A DNA stretch of 64,000 nt from an uncultured Chloroflexia bacterium (GCA_963715245.1 CAVQRM010000002.1:155692-219691), one strand, 5' to 3'; positions 8,733-19,401 are shown, numbered from the stretch's first letter. Made by a program: numbers and translations. Notes: generated by a model from the sequence alone, not told the origin.

Positions 8733-9336
8733 ATGGCCCGCCTCGAACCGCACGACGTCACGTTCTTCGAGTCTCCGGAGGAGCTCCGGGACTGGCTCGC
8801 GGCCAATCACGCGACGGCGGCCGAGAAGTGGGTCGGCATGCGCCGCAAGGCGTCGGGCCTGCCGTCGGTCACGTGGGAGCAGGTCGTGGACGAGGTCCTC
8901 TGCTACGGCTGGATCGACGGCGTCCGGATGCCGGCCGACGGCGGGTCGTGCATCCGCATCACGCCGCGTCGGCCTCGGAGCATCTGGAGCGCGCGCAACG
9001 TGGGCCGAATCGAGGCGCTCCGGGCCCAGGGGAGGCTGCGCCCCGCCGGCGAGGCGGCGTTCGGGGCGCGGCGAGACGACCGGACGGCGGTCTACTCGTT
9101 CGAGCACGAGGCGGCGCTCGACGGCGTGGCGATGGCAGCTGCTTCGAGCCCGGCCCGGCGCACTCGAGTTCTGGGAGGCACAGCCGAAGGGCTATCGCCG
9201 ATCGGCGGCCCACTGGATCGCGAGCGCGAAGCGTGAGGAAACTCGGGCGAAGCGGCTCGCGGCGCTCGTGGAGGGCTGCGCCGCGGGCGTTCGCCTCGTC
9301 CAGCTGACGGGCAAGGCCCAGGCCCCAGCCGACTGA
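8733..9336 (+). CDS. YdeI/OmpD-associated family protein; frame break near 9125-9150
   Basis: ..LCYGWIDGVR..RITPRRPRSIWS.. then in another frame ..ALEFWEAQPKGYRRSAAHWIASAKREETRAKRLAALV.. Confidence 0.65.
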
Positions 9337-9340
9337 CCGC

Positions 9341-10249
9341 TCAGCCCTCGCGGATGAACGTCTCGCGGTCGGTGCGGGCGCGGCGGGTCCATGGGCCGGG
9401 CGTACCCGTGCCGATCGGATGCCCGTTGAAGCGCGTGACCGGCAGGATCCCGGCCACCGACGAGCACACGAACGCCTCGTCGGCGGTGGCGAGCTCGTCG
9501 GGCGTGAGCCATCCCTCGACCGGGCGGAGGCCGACGTCCACCGCCCAGCGGAGGAGCCACGACCGCGTGGTCCCGGGCAGGATCGCGCAGTCGAGGCCGG
9601 GCGTCGCAAGCTCCATGACGCCGTCGGGCGCACGACGAACGAGGAACACGTTCGCCGTCGTGGATTCCGAGAGGTGGCCGCTCACCGTCAGGAACAGCGC
9701 GTCGTCGGCACCGGTGCGACGCGCCTCGATCCGGGCGTAGACGTAGTCCGCGCGGCTGGTCGTCTTGAGCATCACGATCGGGTTGCCCGGGTCGCGCCGG
9801 ACGGCCGACGCGACGAGCGACAGGCCCGTCTCGAGGTGGTCCGTCGGGGCGGGCACCACGCGCCAGGCCTGGATGACGATCGTCGCCGTCAGGCGCTCGC
9901 CCCGCGGCGGGAGCAGGCCACGCGAGGCCCAGGCACCGCGCGAGACCGTGATCCGGATCGACGCGTCGTCGTCGGGCCCGGCGAGCCCCTCGACCGCCAG
10001 CAGGTCCGCGACACCCGAAGCGATCGTCGCCTCGACGTCGTCGGGCAGCTCGATGTCGAGGCCGTCCGCCGAGCGGCGGAGCCGCGCAAGGTGCTCGGCG
10101 AGCTCGGTGACGTGGCCGCCGCGGGCACGGAGCGTCTCGAAGAGGCCGTCGCCGAGCTGGAAGCCGCGATCGAACACGGACAGGTGGGGCACGGTGGACG
10201 GCAGCACCCGCCCGTCGACCCACACGAAGGACGGCATGCCGTCGGTCAT
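9341..10249 (-). CDS. pabC: Aminodeoxychorismate lyase / class IV aminotransferase-fold enzyme
   Basis: ..FDRGFQLGDGLFETLR..MLKTTSRADYVYA..TANVFLV..ILPGTTR..; start overlaps the pabB stop by 4 nt. Confidence 0.75.
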   Translation of the reverse strand: MTDGMPSFVWVDGRVLPSTVPHLSVFDRGFQLGDGLFETLRARGGHVTELAEHLARLRRSADGLDIELPDDVEATIASGVADLLAVEGLAGPDDDASIRITVSRGAWASRGLLPPRGERLTATIVIQAWRVVPAPTDHLETGLSLVASAVRRDPGNPIVMLKTTSRADYVYARIEARRTGADDALFLTVSGHLSESTTANVFLVRRAPDGVMELATPGLDCAILPGTTRSWLLRWAVDVGLRPVEGWLTPDELATADEAFVCSSVAGILPVTRFNGHPIGTGTPGPWTRRARTDRETFIREG

Positions 10250-11725
10250 CGCTCCGCCTCGACGGCGCCGATCGACGACAGCGGCCCACGCGCCTTGGCT
10301 ACCGTCTCGTCCCACTCGTCGCCAGGGTCGCTGCGCCACGTGATCCCGCCACCGACGTGGAGCGTCAGTCGCTCCCCGTCCGCGACGAACGTCCGGATGA
10401 GGATCGAGGAGCCCATCTGGCCATCCGGCCCGAACCACGTCATCGCCCCGCAGTATGGGCCGCGCCGCACCGGCTCCAGGGTCTCGATCAGCTCCATCGC
10501 GCGGATCTTCGGGGCGCCGGTGATCGAACCGCCCGGAAAGGCCGCCGCCAGCAGGTCGAAGGCGTCGGTGTCGGCGCGGAGCTGCCCCGTCACGGTCGTC
10601 ACGAGGTGCTGCACCGCGGCGGTCCGCTCGAGCCGGAGGAGCCGCGGCACCCGCACCGTCCCCGGCTCGCAGACGCGCCCGAGGTCGTTGCGCAGCACGT
10701 CCACGATCATCACGTTCTCGGCCTGGTCCTTGCCGCTGGCCAGCAGCTGCCGGGCGAGGTCCCGGTCCTCCTCGCGCGTCCGGCCGCGCGGGCGTGTGCC
10801 CTTGATCGGATCGGTCGCCACGACGCCGTCCCGGGTCACCGCGAGGAACGGCTCCGGGCTCGCGGACAGGAGTGCCCTCGGCGCCCCCGTGGCCGGCGAC
10901 GGCCCGAGGTCGAGGAACCCCGCGTACAGCGCCGGGTCCCCGGTCCGGAGGCGGCGGAAGAGCGGCCACGGGTCGCCGGCGAACGGTGCCTCGAGCCGCC
11001 GGGTCAGGTTCGCCTGGTAGATCTCCCCGCGGGCGATCGCCTCGCGGACGGCCTCGACACGCTCGATCCACACCGACACGCGGCGTGCCCGAGACGAGCG
11101 CGGACGGTGGCGTGGACGCGGCATCGGGCGCCGCCGTCGCCACCGGTGCGAACCGCCGCGTGTCGCCCCGCGCGACCGCGTCGATCCGCTCCAGCACGTC
11201 GCGCACGCGCCGGGCCATGCGCGCCCGGTTGCCGTCCGCGGGCCTGGCGACCAGCCACGCCTCGCCGCGCCGGCGGTCCCACGCGATCGTCCAGTCGTGG
11301 AGCGCGAGGCGGAGCACGGGCAGGTGCTGGTCCACCCGTGCGATCGACGGGAGCCGCTCGAGGCGGCGCCCGAGGTCGTAGCCCAGGTAGCCCACGAGGC
11401 CGCCGGTGAACGGCGGCGTCGCCGGCCCCGGCGCGGGCTCGCCACCGGCCTCGGGTGCGCCCGCCACACCGTCCAGGCGCCGCAGGAGCGAGCGCGCCTC
11501 CGCGAACGGGTCAGGGCCCTCGGCCGGCGCGTCGAGCACCGCGAGCGGATCGGCCGTGAGGAAGCTCCACCGGCCCGTGCGTCCAGGGCGCGCGCTCTCG
11601 AGCAGGGCGAGCCCCGGCAGGTCGCGGAAACCCTCCGCGACGTCCATCGGGGCAACCCGGTCCATCGAGGCGACGCGCAGCACCAGCGGCGCGCCGCGGG
11701 TAGCGGGTCGGGCTTCCGGGATCAT
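10246..11725 (-). CDS. pabB: Aminodeoxychorismate synthase component I; frame break near 11080
   Basis: ..GEIYQANLTRR..SASPEPFL..PIKGTRPRG..AENVMIVDVLRNDL..FPGGSITGAPKIRAMELIE..RGPYCGA.. Confidence 0.8.
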
Positions 11726-11788
11726 CGACACCCGGCGATGATAGGGGTGCCGCACCGATGCGGCCGCAACCGTGGAGCGGAGGCACAC

Positions 11789-12975
11789 GTGAGAGCTCGA
11801 GAGCTTGGCCTGCAGGATCGGCCTGCTCGACACGGGGGAGCACGACGCGATCACGGACGTCCCGGGCGTCAGCGTGGGCCATACGACGCTGATCCGCGGC
11901 GATGGGCCGCTGGTCGCAGGACAGGGACCCGTCAGGACGGGCGTCACGGTCGTCGTCCCGCACGAGGGCGACGTGTGGACCGAACCCGTGTTCGCGGGCT
12001 GTCACCGCCTCAACGGGAACGGGGAGCTCACGGGCCTCGAGTGGGTGCGCGAGTCCGGGTTCCTCGGTGGTGCCGTGGGCATCACGAACACGCACTCCGT
12101 CGGCGTGGTGCGCGACGCACTCGTGGCCCACGCGGCCCGAGCCCACGATCCGAACGCGGTGTTCTGGTCCCTCCCGGTCGTGGGCGAGACGTACGACGGC
12201 GGCCTCAACGACATCAACGGCTTCCACGTGACGGCGGCACACCTGGACGCAGGCGCTCGCCTCGGCGGCGACGGGCCCGGTCGCCGAAGGCAACGTCGGC
12301 GGCGGGACCGGGATGATCTGCCACGAGTTCAAGGGCGGCATCGGCACCGCGTCCCGCCGGGTGCCGGCCGAGCGCGGCGGCTGGACGGTCGGGGCACTCG
12401 TCCAGGCGAACTACGGCTCGCGAGAGCTGCTGCGGGTGGACGGGGTCCCGGTCGGGGAGGCGATCCCGGTGGCGGACGTGCCCTCACCGTGGGACGAGGT
12501 CGAGCGTCTCGAGGCGGAGGCCATGGACGGTGCGCCGGACCACGGCAACCCGCGGACGGGGCCCGGCGGAGGCTCGATCATCGTCGTCCTCGCAACGGAT
12601 GCGCCGCTGCTCCCCCACCAGTGCGAGCGCCTTGCCCAGCGGGCCACGATCGGGCTCGCCCGGATGGGGAGCATCGCGTCGCACGGCTCGGGCGACCTGA
12701 TCATCGCGTTCGCGACCGGCAACCGCGGGATGTCCCGATCGGCGGGCGAGCGCGGCCCGCTGCGGACGGCGGAGGTCAGGATGGTCGTCGACCGGGAGAT
12801 CAACCCGCTGTTCCAGGCGACCGTGGAGGCGACCGAGGCCGCGATCGTCAACGCGCTGCTCGCCGCCGAGACGATGACGGGGCGCGACGGGATCACCGCC
12901 CACGCGCTGGACAACGGTCGCCTCCTCGACGTCATGGCCCGCTACGGCCGCGGCCCGCGGGCGCGGACGGCCTGA
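11789..12975 (+). CDS. DmpA-type aminopeptidase (peptidase S58); frame breaks near 11813 and 12245
   Basis: VRARELGL|RIGLLDTGEHDAITDVPGVSVGHTT.. ..ALASAATGPVAEGNVGGGTGMICHEFKGGIGTAS..GSIIVVLATDAPL.. Confidence 0.75.
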
Positions 12976-12992
12976 GCCCCACGACCGCCACC

Positions 12993-13842
12993 GTGCCGGC
13001 CGAGCCCGCGATCCGCGCCGCGACCCTCGACGACGTCCCGGCGATCCGCGCGATCCTCGCCGCGCACGGCAACGACGGGCCCGTGGTCCGTGCCGACATC
13101 GTCGGGCCGTATGTCCGCCACCTCGTCGCGCGCCACCGGGCGCTCATGACCGAGATCGACGGTGCGGCCGTGGCGTTCGGCGCTGTCGCCCACGCGGGCG
13201 TGGCCGACCACCTCGCAGACCTGTTCGTGCTGCCCGATCGCCTCGGGCAGGGCCTGGGCCGGGCGCTGCTGCGTGAGCTCTTCGCGGGTTCGGCGGATCG
13301 CACGACCTTCGCCTCGGACGATCCCCGGGCCCTCCCGTCCTACGTCCGGGCCGGGATGACACCGCTGTGGGTCTCGATCTACCTGGACGGCGACGGCGGC
13401 CGGCTCCCGGCGGCCGGCGGGTCTGGAAATCCAGGCCGCGGAACCCGGCGTGCTCGCCGCGCTCGAGCTCGAGTGGACGGGTGTCGACCGGGCGGACGAC
13501 CACACCTTCTGGGCGTCGCAGGCCGAGGCGGACGGGTTCGTGATCGCCGACGCGGGTCGTCCCGTCGCCCTCGCGTACGCCCGGGCCCGCCAGGCGACCG
13601 ACGTCCGGATGCTCGACCGGCTGCTCGTGCGCCCGGGCGCAGACCCCGTCGCCCCGATCCTCCTGGCGCTCCGGCGCGCGGGTCACGGCGGGCGGATCCA
13701 GGCCGTGCTCCCGGGGCCCAACCCGGCCCTCCGGGTGCTGCTCGATCACGGCTTCCAGATCACCGATCACGACCAGTACCTCGCGAGCCGGCCGGATCTC
13801 ATCGACCCAGCGCGCCGCCTGCCGAACCCGGGATTGCTGTAG
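12993..13842 (+). CDS. GNAT-family N-acetyltransferase; frame break near 13425
   Basis: ..IRAATLDDVPAIRAIL..LFVLPDRLGQGLGRALL.. then ..LEIQAAEPGVLAALELEWTG.. in the next frame. Confidence 0.6.
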
Positions 13843-13857
13843 GCCCCAACCGATTTC

Positions 13858-13885
13858 GACGCCGGGGGCGTACCCGCCCGGCGTC
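13858..13885 (+). terminator. Hairpin after the GNAT gene (9-bp stem gacgccggg/cccggcgtc, 10-nt loop)
   Basis: Perfect inverted repeat 16 nt after stop 13840-13842. Confidence 0.4.
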
Positions 13886-13982
13886 CATCGCGGTGACCGG
13901 ACGCCGCCAGGCGGCCGCGCACCGAGCCCCGGGACGGGGGCGAGAGTCAGAGGGCGTGGGTGGACGTCCGCGCGGCCGCGGC

Positions 13983-14483
13983 TCAGCCCTCCGCCACGCG
14001 GTCGCGGCGCGCGAACTCGTCGAGGACGAGGCGGCACTCGCGGTCGGCACGCTGGGCCTGGGCGACGATCCACGGGTCGACGCGGCTCGAGTCCTCGAGC
14101 GTCACGGTGTCACCGTACGCACCGGAGTCGAGGACGATCCCGGACGCGTTCCGGTAGTCGGCCATCCAGTTGGCCTGGAGCGTCACGAGGGCATCCACGA
14201 CGACCGCGCGGGTGAACAGCCAGTCGAGATGCGTCGCGTTGAGCCGGTCCACGAGATCGTCGAGGCGGATCGGCCGGCCGCGGTCCATGCGCGCGACGGC
14301 GTCGATCACGCGCAGCGCGCTGAACGGGTCGCCGGTCTCGGCGATCTGGGGCGGGGCGATGCTGGCATCGGGAAGGCCCGCGGGAGCGGGTCTCGAGCCG
14401 ACGACACCGGGCTCGACGGTCATGTTCGAAGCGGTCACGACGTCCATATCCGAGTCACGAAGTCGGGTTTCGAAGGCTAGCAC
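13983..14483 (-). CDS. Hypothetical protein (start uncertain), divergent from the ECF sigma gene
   Basis: 166-aa ORF with genome-typical codon bias; no family recognised. Confidence 0.45.
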   Translation of the reverse strand: MLAFETRLRDSDMDVVTASNMTVEPGVVGSRPAPAGLPDASIAPPQIAETGDPFSALRVIDAVARMDRGRPIRLDDLVDRLNATHLDWLFTRAVVVDALVTLQANWMADYRNASGIVLDSGAYGDTVTLEDSSRVDPWIVAQAQRADRECRLVLDEFARRDRVAEG

Positions 14484-14580
14484 AGCGCTCGCGGCATGCC
14501 CACCTGAACCATCCGGGGTTGCGCGACGCCGTACCGTTCGAGCACGTCCACAGGGTCGTGCCGCAAGCGGGAGGCCGGTC

Positions 14581-15144
14581 GTGGAGCAGCGGGAGCTCGT
14601 GGAGCGGGCGCGGAGAGGCGATCATGACGCCTTCACCGTGCTGCTCGACGCGTCCCTGCGACGCCTCGACGGAGCCGCCCGCCTCATCGTCCGCGACCCG
14701 GACCTCGCACGCGACGCGGTCCAGGACGCCCTCATCCGCGCCTGGCGGGACCTGCCGGGCCTCCGCGAACCGGACCGGTTCGACGCGTGGCTGCACCGGC
14801 TGACCGTCAATGCCTGCCTCGACCAGCTCCGCCGGCGCCGGCGCCGCCCGATCGAGGTCGATATCACGCCGATCGACGTGCCCTCCAAGCGGGACGACGT
14901 CGGCGACCTCGCCGACCGCCTCCAGCTCGACCAGGCGCTCGCGCGCCTCGATCCCGGGCACCGGGCGGTCGTCGTCCTGCACTACTACCTGGGGATGCCG
15001 CTGCCCGAGGTGGCGGCCTCCCTGTCGATCCCGACCGGGACGGCCAAGTCACGCCTCCACTACGCGCTTGCCCGGATGCGGGTGGCCGTGGCAGGCGAGG
15101 ACGCGCCGGACCCGGAACGCGTCCCCGGAGGGCAGCTCGCATGA
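14581..15144 (+). CDS. ECF-type sigma-70 family RNA polymerase sigma factor
   Basis: GGGAGG 6 nt before GTG 14581; region 2 ..DAFTVLL..ARDAVQDALIRAWR..DAWLHRLTVNACLD.. and region 4 ..LPEVAASLSIPTGTAKSRLHYA.. Confidence 0.85.
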   Translation: MEQRELVERARRGDHDAFTVLLDASLRRLDGAARLIVRDPDLARDAVQDALIRAWRDLPGLREPDRFDAWLHRLTVNACLDQLRRRRRRPIEVDITPIDVPSKRDDVGDLADRLQLDQALARLDPGHRAVVVLHYYLGMPLPEVAASLSIPTGTAKSRLHYALARMRVAVAGEDAPDPERVPGGQLA

Positions 15145-16439
15145 CCGCGCACCAGCGCCTCGAGCAGGACCTTCCGCGGCTGCTCGCGCAGCTCGCCGAG
15201 GGACCGCGCCCCGACTACCGAGACTCCCTCGTCGAGGCCACCGCGCGCACGCCGCAGCGGGCGGCCTGGACGTTCCCCGGAAGGTGGCTCCCCATGGACA
15301 TCACCGCGACGCGCGTGCAGGGCACGCCGAGACCGCTTCGCTCAATCGTTGTCCTCGTCGTCCTCGGGCTCCTCGTGGCGGCCGCAGCGCTCGCGCTCGT
15401 CGGCGCCAGCCAGCGTCGGGTGCCGGCGCCGTTCGGGCCTGCGGCCAACGGCATCCTCGTGTTCGGCAACGAGGGCGACCTGTATGCAATGAACGCAGAC
15501 GGAAGCGCGCCGCGCCCGCTCCTGGCCGACCCGGCGACCCACGACTCGGACCCGCTCTTGTCGCCGCTCGGGGACCAGCTGACCTTCGCCCGGGAGGTCG
15601 AGGGCGCGTGGGAGCTGTGGCTCGTCGACGACGACGGCGGCGACGTGCGGCGGCTGACCGATCCGCTGGTCGGGCTTGGCGCGTACAGCTGGGCTCCCGA
15701 CGGATCGCAGATCGCGGCACATCACCGCGTCGCCGGTCTCGATACCGTCACGCTGTTCGCGACGGACGGCTCCGGGTCCCGCGACCTGGCGCTGCCGTTC
15801 CGCGCCGGAGATCCAGTGTGGCGGCCCGGGCACGACGGCCAGCTGCTCGTCCGCACCCAGGGGGCACCGCTGTACGACCTCTACGTGGTCGACGTCGAGA
15901 CCGGCGCCGCGACGAAGCTTGACCTCCCACACGAGGAGATCCTCGCCCGGCAATACGACGGCCAGCGTCCGGACTGGTCCCCGGACGGCACGCGCCTCCT
16001 CGTCGAGCAAGGGCTTGCGCGCTACAGCGAGGCGGGCAGGATGGTGATCCGGCTTCGCGTCCTCGACGTCGACGCCGCCGGCAACGTCTCGGCCAGCCGG
16101 CTGCTGGAGCGCGATCCCGGCGCCGACTACGAGTACGGCGCCGTCTGGCTGACGACGGGTGCCGGCTTCGGGTTCGGCGTCCAGGCGGGCTGCGAGTTCC
16201 AGGTCTACGTGACCCATGGCGAGGACATGGTCGGCGCGACGCCGGTCGGCGAGCCGATCGACGACTGCACGAACCGCGGCGTGGGTCTCAGCCTGTCGCC
16301 CGACGGGACGCGTGCGCTCACGACGCGCACCGGGGACGGTGGTGACGTCATGTCGATCGGCGGCGTCGACGGTGCCGGGCGTGTCCGCCTGAACGTCACG
16401 ACCACGGATGCACCGACGTGGCAGCGCCTGGCTCCCTGA
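15141..16439 (+). CDS. Membrane-anchored beta-propeller (TolB/WD40-like) protein, possible sensor/anti-sigma partner of the ECF sigma
   Basis: ATGA overlap with the sigma gene; single TM IVVLVVLGLLVAAAALALVGA; repeated ..NADGS.., WAPDGS, WSPDGT, SPDGT blade-like motifs. Confidence 0.7.
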   Translation: MTAHQRLEQDLPRLLAQLAEGPRPDYRDSLVEATARTPQRAAWTFPGRWLPMDITATRVQGTPRPLRSIVVLVVLGLLVAAAALALVGASQRRVPAPFGPAANGILVFGNEGDLYAMNADGSAPRPLLADPATHDSDPLLSPLGDQLTFAREVEGAWELWLVDDDGGDVRRLTDPLVGLGAYSWAPDGSQIAAHHRVAGLDTVTLFATDGSGSRDLALPFRAGDPVWRPGHDGQLLVRTQGAPLYDLYVVDVETGAATKLDLPHEEILARQYDGQRPDWSPDGTRLLVEQGLARYSEAGRMVIRLRVLDVDAAGNVSASRLLERDPGADYEYGAVWLTTGAGFGFGVQAGCEFQVYVTHGEDMVGATPVGEPIDDCTNRGVGLSLSPDGTRALTTRTGDGGDVMSIGGVDGAGRVRLNVTTTDAPTWQRLAP

Positions 16440-16460
16440 AGCGCGGGCGGGCGGCGTACG

Positions 16461-17327
16461 ATGGCCGGCATGTCCGGTCCCGACGCCGCCCGGCCCGCGC
16501 CCGACGCGGACGCGCGAGCCGCCAACCGCGCTCGCTTTGCGCGCCTCATCGCGCTCCCCGAATCGCAGCTCGACCTGGCGCGCGGGGCGCTCCTGATCGC
16601 CGCCGAGGGGCGCGAGGACCTCGACCCTGAGCCGTTCCTCACCCGCCTCGACGATCTCGCGGAGCGCGTCCGGATCCATCTCGACCTGGGTGACGGCACC
16701 GGCCGGATCATGGACACCCTCCACGACGTGCTCTACCGCGAGCTCGCCTACAGGGCGCCGGCGCGCCCACGGCCGGACCCCGACCTCTCGCGGCTCGATC
16801 TCGTGCTGGAGCGGCGCGTCGGGCTGCCGATCAACCTCTCGATCATCGAGCTCGAGGTCGGCTGGCGGCTCGGCCTCGCCCTGCACGGGGTCGGCCTCCC
16901 CGGCCACTTCATCATCGGGGGTCCGGAAGGCATGCTCATCGACCCCGCCGGCGGCGGACGCACGCTCACCCGTGACGACTGCCAGGCGCTCATCAGGCGA
17001 TCCCTCGGCGACGGCGTGCTCCTCCACGCCGGCATGCTCCGGCCTGCGCGACGCCGGGAGATCCTCGCCAGGGTGATCCGCAACCTCAAGGCCGCCCACC
17101 TGCACGCGCGGGACTGGGTCGGCTCGCTCGGGGCCGTCGAGCTGCTCCGGATCGTCGAGCCGACGTCGCCCGACCACCTCCGCGACCGCGGGCTCCTCCT
17201 GGGTCGGACCGGCCAGTGGACTGCCGCGCTCGTGGATCTCCGCCAGTACCTGGACGAGCAGCCCGACGCCACGGACCGCGACGATGTCGCCCAGGTGATC
17301 GGGATCTTCGGCGGGATGCGCAACTAG
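16461..17327 (+). CDS. Transglutaminase-like/TPR protein of the SirB1 (UPF0162) type
   Basis: ..RRVGLPINLSIIELEVGWRLGL..GVGLPGHFII.. followed by a TPR-like C-terminal helical region. Confidence 0.65.
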   Translation: MAGMSGPDAARPAPDADARAANRARFARLIALPESQLDLARGALLIAAEGREDLDPEPFLTRLDDLAERVRIHLDLGDGTGRIMDTLHDVLYRELAYRAPARPRPDPDLSRLDLVLERRVGLPINLSIIELEVGWRLGLALHGVGLPGHFIIGGPEGMLIDPAGGGRTLTRDDCQALIRRSLGDGVLLHAGMLRPARRREILARVIRNLKAAHLHARDWVGSLGAVELLRIVEPTSPDHLRDRGLLLGRTGQWTAALVDLRQYLDEQPDATDRDDVAQVIGIFGGMRN

Positions 17328-17330
17328 CGG

Positions 17331-17648
17331 TCAGGTCGGAGGCGCTTCCTCCGGATCGCCGGCGGCCACCTCGGTCGCGAGATCCGCCCAGGGATCCTCG
17401 TCCTCGCTCTCGGCCTCGAGCAGGTCCTCGTAGCCGGCCCACGGATCGTCCGGCTCGGTCACGTCGTCCGGCAGCTCGAGCGTCAGGAACGAGCCGTCAC
17501 CGGCGGGCACCGGGGCGTCCGGCCGCGCGTGATGGACAAGCTCCTCGGGCGGTGGCTGATTGCGCAGCACCTGCTGCTCGAAGCCGAACAGGACCCCACC
17601 GACGGTCTGGGAGACCGACTGTCGCTTCTTCCGTGACCCCGAGCTCAT
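17331..17648 (-). CDS. Small acidic hypothetical protein
   Basis: GGGGAGGG RBS before ATG 17648; 105 aa; basic N-terminus (SRKKRQ), acidic C-terminus (EAESEDEDPW). Confidence 0.45.
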   Translation of the reverse strand: MSSGSRKKRQSVSQTVGGVLFGFEQQVLRNQPPPEELVHHARPDAPVPAGDGSFLTLELPDDVTEPDDPWAGYEDLLEAESEDEDPWADLATEVAAGDPEEAPPT

Positions 17649-17761
17649 GTCCCTCCCCTCGTCCTGCCGAGGACGCATCGACCGACGCGGTCGCGTGCGT
17701 TGCCGCATTGTCGCGGATCGCGACGACGATCAGCGCGTCAATCGCGACAAGGACCGAGCCG

Positions 17762-19324
17762 CTACAGCAGCTCGTGGTTGGCGGTCGCCGTGGGCATGCC
17801 CTCGGCGGGCCGCGGCTCCTCACCCGCCCCGTGCGCCGGAGCCGCGTCCTGCCCGGCATCGAGCACCGGGAGCCCGCGACCGGCGACGGCGCTGCCCTCG
17901 ATCGCGCCAACGCCGTAGGGAACCCACTTGCTCGGGTCCTTGAGGCGGTGCTGCTCGGTGTTGCCTCGCTCGTGCACCTGCTCGAAGCCGGCCGGCTCGA
18001 TCCACATCCGCTTGCCGTCCAGGAGTCCCGTGATGCCTTCCTGGCCGGGCTCGGGGCGAGGGTTCTGGCAGTACTGACAGCTCGAGCTGTCGTGCGGCGT
18101 GTACTCGGCAGGCTCCTCGTACGTGGTGATGTAGCCCTCGTAGTTGCGCAGGATCACCTTGTGGTCCGAGTACGAGACGACGTAGTTCGGCATCACGGGG
18201 ATCTTCCCGCCGCCGCCGGGCGCGTCCACGATGTACTGGGGCACGGCGTACCCGGACGTGTGCCCGCGCAGGCCCTCGATGATCTCGAGCCCCTTGCCCA
18301 CAGGCGTCCGGAAGTGCCCGGCGCCCTCGACGAGGTCGCACTGGTAGATGTAGTACGGGCGGACCCGGTTCTCCACCAGCCGCTGGACGAGCTCGCGCTG
18401 GGTGTGGACGCAGTCGTTGACCCCCGCGAGGAGCACGGACTGGTTGCCGAGCGGGATGCCCGCGCGGCTGAGCTTGTCGCACGCGCGGGACAGCTCGGGC
18501 GTGATCTCGTTGGGATGGTTGACGTGGATGTTCAGCCACATCGGGTGGTACTTCGCGAGCATCTCGCACAGCTCGTCGTCGATGCGCTGCGGCAGGAACA
18601 CCGGCACGCGGGAGCCGATCCGGATGATCTCGACGTGGGGGATCTCCCGGAGGCCGCGGAGCGCCGACTCGAGGAGCTTCGGGGCGAGGGTGAGGCCGTC
18701 GCCACCGGAGATGAGCACGTCGCGGATCTGCGGCGTCCGCCGGATGTAGTCCAGCTGCGCCTCGTGATCCTTGCGGTTGAAGTTCTGGGTCGGGTCGCCG
18801 ACGATCCGGCTCCGCGTGCAGTACCGGCAGTAGCTGGCGCACTGCGTCGTGATCAGCATCAGGACCCGGTCCGGGTAGCGGTGGACGAGGCCCGGGACCG
18901 GGCTGTGGCGGTCCTCCGCCAGGCTGTCCTCCATCATCCCCGTGAAGCTGCGCAGCTCGCGACCGAGCGGGATGATCTGGCGCCGGATCGGATCGTCCGG
19001 ATCCTTCGGGTCGATGAGGCTGATGAAGTACGGCGTGACGTCGACCCGGAACTTGTCGGGCGCGGACAGGCCCTCGCGCTCCTCGTCGGTCAGCTCGAGG
19101 ATCTGCTCGATGTCCGCGAGGTCGTTGACGCGGTTGCTGAGCTGCCACCGCCAGTCGTTCCACTTCTCGTCGGGGACGTCCTGCCACATCGGCGCGCGAT
19201 GACTGACGGCGGGCTTGCCGTCGGGCCCCAGCCGTTGCGCGGGGTCGCGCTGGTTGACAAACGGGGCCGCCTCGACGGCCGTGACCGCACCGGTCCCTGG
19301 CTGCACCCGCGCCTCCGTGTCCAT
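17762..19324 (-). CDS. kamA: Lysine 2,3-aminomutase (radical SAM, PLP-dependent)
   Basis: CASYCRYCTRS (CX3CX2C), ..ISGGDGL.., ..YYIYQCDLVEG.., ..GHTSGYAVP..VDAPGGGGK..; GGAGGAG RBS before ATG 19324. Confidence 0.9.
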   Translation of the reverse strand: MDTEARVQPGTGAVTAVEAAPFVNQRDPAQRLGPDGKPAVSHRAPMWQDVPDEKWNDWRWQLSNRVNDLADIEQILELTDEEREGLSAPDKFRVDVTPYFISLIDPKDPDDPIRRQIIPLGRELRSFTGMMEDSLAEDRHSPVPGLVHRYPDRVLMLITTQCASYCRYCTRSRIVGDPTQNFNRKDHEAQLDYIRRTPQIRDVLISGGDGLTLAPKLLESALRGLREIPHVEIIRIGSRVPVFLPQRIDDELCEMLAKYHPMWLNIHVNHPNEITPELSRACDKLSRAGIPLGNQSVLLAGVNDCVHTQRELVQRLVENRVRPYYIYQCDLVEGAGHFRTPVGKGLEIIEGLRGHTSGYAVPQYIVDAPGGGGKIPVMPNYVVSYSDHKVILRNYEGYITTYEEPAEYTPHDSSSCQYCQNPRPEPGQEGITGLLDGKRMWIEPAGFEQVHERGNTEQHRLKDPSKWVPYGVGAIEGSAVAGRGLPVLDAGQDAAPAHGAGEEPRPAEGMPTATANHELL

Positions 19325-19388
19325 CAGCTCGCTCCTCCGCCGTGGCCGCTGCCGGGCCTGCTCGCTGCGCGCCCGATGCATAGAACCT

Positions 19389-19401
19389 ATTCACTGTGAA
19401 T
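19389..19401. promoter_or_regulatory. AT-rich 13-bp perfect palindrome ATTCAC-t-GTGAAT 65-77 nt upstream of kamA (candidate operator)
   Basis: Read directly; stands out in a ~70% GC background. Confidence 0.3.

Noticed and set aside
12225-12240. A second parS-like sequence, GCTTCCACGTGACGGC.
   Set aside because: It matches the consensus at only 10 of 16 positions, the outer arms are not palindromic, and it lies inside the dmpA coding region.
14484-14580. An ECF-type autoregulatory promoter (GGAAC-N16/17-CGT) upstream of the sigma gene.
   Set aside because: A GAAC is present at 14507-14510, but the nearest CGT-type -10 candidates are 20 or 25 nt away. The spacing does not fit, so I make no call.
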